From positions 7,936,001 to 8,000,000 of the forward strand of contig JBHGNT010000009.1 of NCBI GenBank assembly GCA_043228905.1: a stretch of 64,000 nt of DNA. The letters run 5' to 3'. The DNA is from Azolla caroliniana. Its lineage: Eukaryota > Plantae > Polypodiophyta. Below, piece after piece: positions 38,793 through 48,835 of this stretch. The position numbers and the translations under genes are program-made. Position 1 is the first letter of the stretch. Each line of letters opens with the position of its first letter. A model generated the notes under the pieces. The model worked only from the letters and a program-made list of their open reading frames with translations. It made no database searches and was not told the DNA's origin.

Positions 38793-40699
38793 CAGATTTT
38801 GATAGCTTTTAAAAAACTGTGGTATAATGTTGATAGATCAACATTGATATTCTTATCTTTTGTTTTTCTTGGAGAAGCATATAGAAGTCAAAGCTAAGAA
38901 AGTAGTTATGACTCCAAGATCACATTTGCTTTACAAGGTATATTCTAAGACCTTGCACTTGCGTCTTAGAAGTTTACGATCCAAAGTTAAAAAGTGGTTT
39001 CTAAGTTTCCTTGAATATCTAACTTGAAGAGGTTATATTGATGCTCAAATGGAACCTAACGTGTCGTACTATTTTAGTTGGATAAATAATGTATAGAGTA
39101 ATTGAACACATGTGCTTGGGTAGATGATGTGTTTGTTGAGAGGCATCCAAAGTTTGGATGTCAAAGGGTAAAGAGCATGGAGAAAAGTTTGATAAGTTTC
39201 CTCCATTACTCTTCAAGAAAAATGTTAATGTAGATCATGCATATCCTATAAGTGATTCATTGTTAATCTTCAAGAAAAGGTTAATGCCAATGACGGCTTG
39301 CACATATTTTGTCAATTATCTCCAAGCACTTGTCTATAAGCATTTCTTAGTTACTCTCAAACCGAAATATTAATGTAGATAATGTTCTTATGCAAGTATT
39401 TTTTGACGCTCTTCAAAGCAAAATATACTAGTGTAGGTGATGATCTTATGTGAGCTTTTCTTTGTCATTGTCCTAAGCAAAATGTGTTAATGCAGATGAT
39501 GTCATTTTGTTTGTGTTTTGTTGTTACGAGACACACAAATGATAACGAAGATGTCCTACTTGCGTTTCTCATACTTGTAGTGAATGTTAATGTGGAGGAT
39601 GTGATTGTCCTCTTGTAACCATTTCTTCGTGCGAATATGAATGTAGATGTTCTTTAAGTGTTTCTCTTGTGGTACGTAAAACAAAAAGCCTTTCTTTGTG
39701 TATTGGTAGCAATTGTAATGTAGGTGATGGGTATTTTGGTAATTTTAGTAAAGTCTCAGACTTGTTGGACTCATAAGGTTAGTCACACACACACATTTGC
39801 TTTTAATGAAGGTGGTGCCAATAAATCAATATACTTTTGAAGTTCTAGAAAAACGTGTTTTTAGTCTCTTTTAACCAAGTATGTAGTGTCACCTTGACAC
39901 TACAAAAAATCATTGGTTTAAAGAAAGGGACTTCCACACATGACCTCATCTTACAACTCCAACTCGTAACCAATAACGTATTTTATTTACATAATCTATA
40001 ATTATTGTGACAATCCAGCTATACATGATCCCCACATGTCGTCCATGCAAATAGCCAAAGTGGTGGCCATCTGGTGACGATGCATAACATGATGGTGTAG
40101 TATATGTAGAGAAGGTATTTTGTTGTTCCCAACAGTTTTTACAAATGCTAGAATCAGTTCAGATATATTGGTGGAGATGAAACAATATTATGTACTATTT
40201 GTATACTGCCTTCGGGCTTTTTATTAATACCAATGGAGCATATGTTTTATGGTAAAAAAGGTATTTTGTTGTTGGAGCAAATTTGGTTTAATGCTTGTCT
40301 TTGGCATATCCTTACAAAGCTTGTCCCTCTTGTTTAGAATCCAAATTCCTTTTCTTATTATTTTGTTTTTCGATTCAATCTACTTTCTGGGTTTGGTATG
40401 TAATAAATTGAATTAGATTCCCTTTTTTCCTTTTTGATTCATGAGAACCATAACAAAAGTTTTTTCATAACCATGGGGTCTATTAGGAAGCAAGAATACT
40501 TGTGCATCTTGTTAGAGCTTTAGTGTCTTACAACCAAATTTGTAGCACGAGGACGAGAATCAATGACTTCTTAGAAACTTACAACAATTCAGTACTAAGG
40601 AGGCTAATAAGAAATGAACCAGTAGGAGTTCTCAAGACTTACCAACTAGAAGGAGGATTAGTTAGTTTGCTCCTCTCATTAGCTTTGTTAGGCATCTCT

Positions 40700-41161
40700 A
40701 CATTTCAACATACAAAGTAGCAGGTCTACCACATTATTGTTGTCAAGGATGGCTCAATCATCTTTTGTATGGAATAAGAAGAGGAAAGAAATTATAGAAG
40801 ATCTCGTAGATACAAAATGGCTTCAAGATAGTCTAATAGAGGACTTTGTGGAGGCTAGAAAGACATGGGATGGGACTTTACCAAGCAAGACATTTACTAT
40901 CCCATCACAAGTCTTGTGGAATCCTTTAAAAGTTTACATGTCAAATGCTATTATTCTTTTCTTTCCTGGGAAGATGCCTTCTGCAAATGAGGTGGCTCAA
41001 TGGATAAATGCCATGTTTAAATCTCCTTTAACATATAGAGATAAAATGGTTCATGCATTGCCGTGGTCTTTGACAAAAGACTATCAAGGGCTAATTCGTC
41101 ACAAATGTCTTGTCTAGGTGGAAGTGCTTGACTTTCCACGAAATTGGAATCACTTGTTACC
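40700..41161 (+). mobile_element. LINE ORF1 fragment, left half of a LINE split by the gypsy element
   Basis: NAIILFFPGKMPS..VAQWIN and MVHALPWS...CLV resemble ORF1 of the LINE at 1646-2398; ends at the LTR boundary 41162. Confidence 0.65.
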
Positions 41162-41582
41162 TGTCAAGACAGAGAGAAAGAGAGAGAAAGAGAGGAAAAG
41201 AGATACAGTGTTAAGATAGAAAGAGAGAATTGAAAAGAAAGTATTGTATTGTAATATAAGATGGAGTACAAAGAGTAGACAGTAGGGAGCTATAGGATGG
41301 CGTTGAACCAATTTGGTTTTTGGAGGATTGATGGATCCCTATTTATAAGTCCCTATAGAGTAATATAGATTACTCTAGAATATTCTAGGACATTCTAGAA
41401 TATAGAGTAATGTAGTAGTCTAGAAGGTTCTAGCATAGAATATTCTTACGATATTAGATTATATACTCTAAAAACCATACACATAAACATGTTACTACAA
41501 TGGTTAAGGATTTGACATGTGTATAACAAGGTTGTGGGTTCAAATCCTTTCGAGGCATGACATTGTGAGTGTCATCATGACA
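41162..41582 (-). repeat. 3' LTR of the gypsy element (421 bp)
   Basis: TGTCA...TGACA termini directly after the PPT on the minus strand; internal TATAAATA at ~41340-41347. Confidence 0.8.
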
Positions 41583-43866
41583 TTATCCCCCTTCTTCAAC
41601 GAAACGTCTCATGGGTCGTAGGGCTTGTAGCAGGACCTGGTTTATGAGGATAGTCGCGATGAAATGTGGTGACCATGTCCGCGACATTGGAAAGATTTGT
41701 TGGGGGTATAGCCTACCCAATCAACCAAGTAATACAACTTGTTGCACACGATTTTAGAATCGAGAATGGCAGCAACCTCAAATTCGGGTCCTTCCAAGAA
41801 CTCAACAAGTGGTGGGGGAGCTATAAGACGACCCCTGGATGAAGACGCATGTGCGGAGGGAGGCCAAGACGAAATACAACATCACTTATCTTACTAATGA
41901 TCATGTATGGGCCAAAACGTTGGTAATCCAATTTACCGCAAGGCCGAGCAGTCTTGATGTTGTGTTGGAGATGCCATGCACGATCCCCAACACGGATTTT
42001 TTTTGAGGAATCTAGGTGATGACGATCCGCAAGCCTCTTGTGTGTAACTTGAGCATCATGCAATTGTGAAGAATGGTAGCGTGAATTTCGTGGAGGCGAC
42101 TAAGACGATCCTCAACAACAGGGTTGGTAGGCACTTATGGATGCGCATTCATTGTTCGTCGAGGATGACGACCAATATTTGCAAAAAATGGGGAATATCC
42201 CATAGAAGAATGAACCGAGTCGTTGTAAGCAAATTCAGTCAAGTACAGAAAATCAACCCCAGATGATTGGTAGTTGATGAAACAAGGAAGATATTGGTCC
42301 AATGTCTGGTTGGTACGCTCCGTTTCGCCATTAGTCTCAGGATGATAGCCCGAAGAAAGCTTAGCCTAAATTTGGAGAATTTTGAGTGTGTGCTTCCAAA
42401 ACTTTGAGATAAATTGTGGACCCCGATCACTAATAATATCATCTGGAAGACCATGGTGCTTAAATACCTCCCGCATAACTAGATCGACCGCCTCTTGACT
42501 GGTAATAGACTTCATACATGGCAAGAAATGTGCCATTTTGGTAAGTCGATCAACCACTGTGAGAATTGCATCATAACCTTGTGAAACTGGGAGATTAGTA
42601 ATGAAATCCAAGGAAATAAACTTCCAAGGATTTTCCGGAATGGGAAGTTGTTATAGTAAGCCATAGGATTGGTGTCGAGGACTCTTTGATCGACAACATG
42701 TATCACAATTCCGAACATACTCCTCAACAAAATGGCGAAGGCGAGGCCACCAATATTGTCGAGAAATTAATTCTAGAGTTTTGCGTACTCCAAAATGTCC
42801 AGCCATTGGTGAGTCATGAACACGTTCGCGTTCACAAGTGGAAGGATTGCGCCTTCCACTTGTAGAATCTTCTTAAAACGAAGCAAATACACCCTCTCTA
42901 CAAAAATTGGATGCACTAATATCACATGTTCCTCAACTTGATGAGAATTTGCAAATATAAAAATACATGATAGATCTACGAGTGGAGATCATTAGAAATA
43001 ATGCAAGTTTAGACATGTTGATAAGTTAATGTAGGCATAATAAAGTTCAACTATGGCTCAATATGGCACTACTGTGCGACAAGGGAAACACTAACTTAAA
43101 GACTTATATTAATTAGGTAAGTTTTACAAAAATATGAGGTGTACTTGTATCCATACTAATAAAATGAGATATAATTTATACTTTGACCCATACGTGCATG
43201 TATGTAATTGTGGAAAATGTAGGATAGTGCACATTAGGATAAGTGATTGGAATAACTAACTTATTAAAGTATTCAATACTTGTATTTAAAGTTGATCTAA
43301 TCTATTCCTCAGTTTGTTCATATGAGATCAAACCATATGTGTATATAATTGTGCACAATGTAAGGCAATGAACTTTAGGATAATGTCGTGGAAATAACAA
43401 ACCTATTAGGCTTTCATACCTGTATTTAAAATTGGTCTACTCTATTGCTTAGGTGATTCACACAAGATCAAACTCCGAACGATAACGCAACTGGAACCAT
43501 TATCAACACACTACACAATCTAAGCAGCAATGGAATAGAAACATAATAGTTTTAACAATAGAAGACAAAGATCCATAATAACAACATGGACAGTCATGGC
43601 AACAATTATAGGGCCATGTTCTGTTAAGGTTAGCTTGGACCAAAATCAGCCTCCATTTAAACTAGTTCATGTTTCTCCATAAGTTTGGTAGTCAGCTATG
43701 CACGCGGTGAAACCAATGTCATAAATCTACTAATCAAGTATATAAAAATAAAATTGAAACATATAGAAGATTATAAAGAATAGAATCCACTAGGTAAAAC
43801 CCAATATTTGTATTAATAATGTGAAATCTTAACAAATCGTCAGTGTCATATTCTTCATAGAGTCTA

Positions 43867-46800
43867 TTACATAGCAATCAATTCATCAACGTCATTTTCT
43901 TCATCATCTTGTGTAGAACTGTCTTCGGCTATACGTGCATTGGTTTCCCCTGTTAGCCGAGCCAACGAAATATCTTCTATAAGCTCATCATCAAGCTCTA
44001 TTAGCTCCCCCGGTTCGCCGGCTAACGGAGGAATAGGCTCTCGCGAAGCAGGTTGAAACCTTTCTGTATTGGCGAGGTTCTTTGCACCGACCTCCTCATC
44101 CTGGTCTGGGCACTCCCACAAAGCCTTAATCCGCATATTAATAAATATAACTTGGTCCTCGTCCTTCTCCAATGCAACTGTATTTCTAAACAGCTTCAAT
44201 GCACATGTTGACGTAGTTCCTGTGATGTAAGTAACAAGAAGATTTAGTTGTCAAACGAAAAAAAAGTGATTGGTTATCTCAAGATCGTTACCCTAGTTCG
44301 AGGAATACCTGTGCCAGAAAAGAGATCTAATATCCAGTCTCCTTCGACAGAAAACATCTCGATCAAGCGCATCATAAGTCGTTGAGGTTTTTGGTATGGG
44401 TTGACAAGTCCCCGTTCTGTCGTGGTGACATGTCGCAATTTCCGAGTCACTACTGGATATACCAACAGATTTGAACCTCCCACTTCATTAGAATGCTCTT
44501 TGATTCTCTGTTTCTTAATTTCATCGAAGTAGCCAACCGTTATGTATTCAATGGCATTAACGAACCGAAAAGTTGGCCCTCTATTTACATTGGTCTTGAT
44601 CCTATAAAAAATAATACATCGAGTTAAGAATAGATTCAACAACCTTAAGAAATGCAATATAGTGAAAGACACCTATAAATAATCCTTACCATGCAAGGTT
44701 CTCGATGCCATGGCAACGAGATCTCAAAGCTTGAGCTACCGAGTACCCTTGGTCCATACTATGAAAGACAACTATTCGCCACAAGGATGCGGTCGTTAGC
44801 TCAGCGAAATCCTTGACCATCTTCTCCAATTGTTTAAACCTAAACGGTTCATCGTCGTATGATGACCCAGCCATTCGAAATCCGTAAGGAATATCCGCAA
44901 TCATTAGCGTATATTCCTTCTTTGGCACCTTCTGGATCAAGTCGATGACATCACCGCAAACCACATTGTAGTAAAGATCTCTTGTAATATCTTTTTTGTG
45001 GCTAAATTTTTTAAAGGAGCCATCTTCCTCCATTTCGTACGCCTTGACTAAGCGATGATCCTTTTCTTTTCTGGCTCGTTCGAGATGTGCAAGGAAGGAT
45101 GTAGGGAAATCGTGTATATCCTTAACTTCTCCTTGTTTCTTGCCTCGACACGGTTTCTAATAGAAGCAATAGGACATCAGGTATTATTATACAAGCTCTA
45201 CATATGATGAAAGGGTAATGAAAAAACATGAATACTAACCCAATCCTTGAATGCAATAAAATACTCTGATAACGCCTTATACGAAGACGTTAGAGGATCC
45301 AAGTTATACATCCAAGTTGTTTCATCATAACTTCTTGGATCTTCATGTACACCTTATGACTGTAAAATTAGAAATCAAGATTAGAACTTTGAATTACACT
45401 AGATAGACTACAATTTCAGTATTTGAGGGACTTACTTATTGAACTCAGTGACCATTTCTTCAAGGCTTAAATCTTTCGCCACAACCCTTGACAAAACCGA
45501 CACAAGAAGCTACTCGTCCTTAATACCTTGCATCGCTCTCCATAGAGACAGCTTCATGTCATCTGCCGCTTCTTCAATTGTCAAGTCAATTTTCTTGGCG
45601 GCTTGTGACTTTAACTCTAGTTGAGGGTCAACCCTACATTTCTTTTGTCGTTGACCCTTTACCTCCTTATTCTCCCACATTGAGAAGATTTGATCTTGTA
45701 GGTCCCATACTTCTCCATCTCTAAACGCCAATTGAAACCAAGACTCATACTTTCGAAGACCATTGGACCTAACATTATCATCTACCACAATGCCGACTTC
45801 ATGCAGACATTGACGTCGAAGGCCTGGATGTAACTTCACACCAAACTTTTGTTTCACATCTAAATACTCGTGGTGGAAGAACCGTATACGCTCAATGGAC
45901 GACATTTTCTGCCTATAGTCATTATCATTATTATGGTCCCATGCCAACAGCTTAGCCTCTTCGGTTGTGAGCCCAACATAAATTTTGCACTCGACATACT
46001 TGAAGAAGAAAGTGGTTGGATGTTCTCTCACAAGTTACCGACGTGCCTCTGCTAATTGCGATCCACCAATGACAAAATAATTATATTGATCATGTTTTCT
46101 AATATCAAAATCTTCAATGGTTTCACATTCTTCAAGATCTACCATAACAATAAAAGGCACCACAGTGGCATGAGGATTAATTTTCATTTTTTTCTTGAGA
46201 TTTTGAACATGCATGCGGTGAGGCTCTCTAATCTCAAGTGGTCTTCGACCTGTTTTTTCATCAATAGGGGGCCGATGGATGTGTGTTATAGGTAAATTAA
46301 ATACTTGCCCTTTCCTGACCAGCTTCCGTTGCATTAACTCTCTCCTTATTTTATTCTGCTCGGATGACAAAACACCCGAGGCCAGCTCAGCTCCTGGCGT
46401 CCCCTTATTATCCTCCTCTTCGTTTTCACTTGTTGAATCCGTATCCGACATTTTCATTGTCTTCTTCTTTGCTGGTCTTGACTGAACTTTGGAAACCTTT
46501 TTTGTTGGCTTCAATGGGGAGGGCACTTCATCTCTTAGAGTTACATGGCCTTGTATATAAGGCCTCAAGGTAACAATAAGGTTTTGTGAGCTATCAAGTG
46601 CTTTTTTGAACACTTCTAGCCCACAAGATTCTTTTACTAAAAGGTCTTCTGAAAGGAACACTTTACGTACCCCCTTGGAGCACTCTATCATTACCAGTAT
46701 GTTGGCCGAATCTGCATCTTCGTAGTCAAATCGTAGAACACGGCCATACATAAATGGGGTTTCCTTTCCAAGTTGCCCCTCACCCTTCTTCTTTGCTGTA

Positions 46801-47983
46801 TACAATACGACTTTTTTCTTTGAGTCGACATATTGCACACACCATTCCTTGTCCGTTAGATCTCGGTCAGGAAGGTCTTCACCTCCAGTAGCGGCGACAA
46901 GTTTCTTTTGGCTAACATCACTATGTGGCTGAGATTTTGTCTCTTCGTTAAAGAGAAGCTTTTTTCCTCTCTTCATGGTCTCAGGAGCTACCTTGGTCTG
47001 GGCTTCGATTGGAGAACCTTGTATGCGAAGCTTTATTTTCTTCACCGGTCGGTCCGACAGGTTTTCAAACGACCTATTTAAGAAAGTATATGCAAAAACA
47101 TAAGTTAGGTAGTCACGTAGATTAACGTTGTATATTAACATGAAGAACAGTTCCCAGGAGCAGTCCTATATTCAAAAATCTATTATAGGCAGGGCTATTC
47201 AACCTAGAAAATATATATCGTAATAAGTAAAAAGGGTTATATATTCTTTTAAATAGTAGGTATGACTTATATAGATTCCAAACATATATTGATGAGAATT
47301 TGCTATCGTAAAGGCAATTTGTGGATCATTTTCTACTATTTTAAGCTAAAGTAGGTCATAAAACACCTATAATTAGAGCATGTTTTTTTTTAAAAGTAAG
47401 GAAAGCCAACATAAAAAGACTGATTTTGCCAGACAATTTAATAACTTTTCCATCCCAAAATTATTTGTTACCCCAAAAATACAAATTTTCTCTCTCAAAG
47501 CCTTCTTATATACAGGAACTTGATACGGCGTATCGAGTTCCTGTTTAAAACCTACACTTTAAACAGGAACTCGATACGGTGTATGGAGTTCGTATTTAAA
47601 ACCTAAACTTTAAACAGGAACTCGATACGCCGTATCGAGTTCCTGTTTAAAATTCAAACTTTAAACAGGAACTCGATACGCCGTATCGAGTTCGTGTTTA
47701 AAGTGTAGGTTTTAAACACGAACTCGATACGCTGTATCGAGTTCCTGTTTAAAATCCAAACTTTAAACACGAACTCGATACGGCGTATCGAGTTCCTGTA
47801 TAAAAAGCAAAATTAAATTATGAACTCGATACGCCGTATCGAGTTCATGTATAAATATTTGTATTGTATACATGAACTCGATACGGCGTATCGAGTTCTT
47901 GAGAAACGAAACATATTTACAAAAATGTCCATAGTGTCAGAGGCCTACCTGGAGTCCTCGCGCTCGATTCTCTTTGAAGACAT
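43867..47983 (-). pseudogene. Six-exon ParB/Srx-like + beta-class N4C/N6A DNA methyltransferase fusion (~970 aa reconstructed), disabled
   Basis: Exons 47983-47949, 47073-45436, 45359-45240, 45156-44690, 44601-44309, 44219-43867, all GT-AG. MTase motifs VCGDVIDLI...LMIADIPYG, WIK, YQKPQRLMMRLIEMFSVEGDWILDLFSGTGTT, VALEKD. ParB-like segment HVQNLKKKM..PFIV..YFVIGGSQLAEARR..GLTTEEAKLLAWDHN. In-frame stops at 46035-37 and 45510-12; frameshift near 45298. Confidence 0.82.
47509..47899. repeat. Array of eight palindromes (core GAACTCGATACG-S-CGTATCGAGTTC) in intron 1 of the ParB-MTase gene
   Basis: Copy 3 (47609-47651) is a 43-bp perfect palindrome apart from its central base; the first six copies recur every ~51 bp. 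Confidence 0.95.
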
Positions 47984-48126
47984 GTTTGATCGTGTGGAAG
48001 TGGAGGCGGAGATCACGCTTTCGTGCTTTGTGCTCTGTGTGCTTTGTGTGCTTTGTGTGCTCTCTACGTTCTGTGTGCTCTGTACGCTCTGTACGCTCTA
48101 GTGAGTGAAATATGACGAGGTCTTCC

Positions 48127-48134
48127 TATTTATA
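48127..48134 (-). promoter_or_regulatory. TATA box of the ParB-MTase gene
   Basis: Minus strand CCTATAAATAG, with an initiator-like TCACTCA ~25-30 nt downstream and the exon-1 ATG ~145 nt downstream. Confidence 0.55.
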
Positions 48135-48835
48135 GGGATTGAACACATTGGTTAAAGTAACCATAGTCACCTTAACCAAGGTTGGTAACTTTGAGGATAG
48201 TTAGTTGGTAACCATAGTCACATTAACTAGAGAAACTTATGATTGTATTAATGATTACAAAGTCAAACTACCATATTGATCAATCTTTTATAGTCATAAC
48301 AACCTACAATGACTTCAAAGGTTATGAATGAGACAATGATAGAGGTTCATGAATGTACCAATGATTGATTACTAAAACCAACAATTTTTATGACTCTCAA
48401 ATGTTGTGTATTAAAGATGTGGGCATAAATTAACCAATGATTGATAAGTCTAATATTTAAAATGGTGAGCATTAAAGAACTAATGAGTGAGACGTTCTAT
48501 ATCAAAATGGGTGCCATTAATTAGCCAATGATTTTAACCTTAATCCAACATATTCATGGCTTGTTAATGATTAGTTTTATATTTTACTTGATTTAACTTT
48601 ATATAGATCTAGTTTATATAATAATTGATATTTTAAGTACAATTACTTTATTAAAAATAATTTTTTGATGTATTGTATTAATAGAATATTACATAATATA
48701 GACATTCTATTGATTTGGCTTTTGTTTAGAGAGAAGTTTATGTTTAGAGAGGAGTATATGTTTAGAGAGGAGCTTATTAGTTTTTTTCTTTCCCCTAAGC
48801 CCATAACTTAGAGAGCCCTATCTAGACCTTAAGCC

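Noticed and set aside
47509-47899. CRISPR-like repeat-spacer array
   Set aside because: Spacers are only ~8-20 nt and related to each other, there are no cas genes, and the context is a eukaryotic intron.
43867-47983. Bacterial contamination as the source of the methyltransferase
   Set aside because: The gene has five GT-AG introns and a TATA box and lies inside a plant retroelement on a contig with plant genes.
47820-48101. 93-aa plus-strand ORF between the two cargo genes
   Set aside because: Made of palindrome and low-complexity 5' UTR sequence, antisense to exon 1 of the MTase gene.
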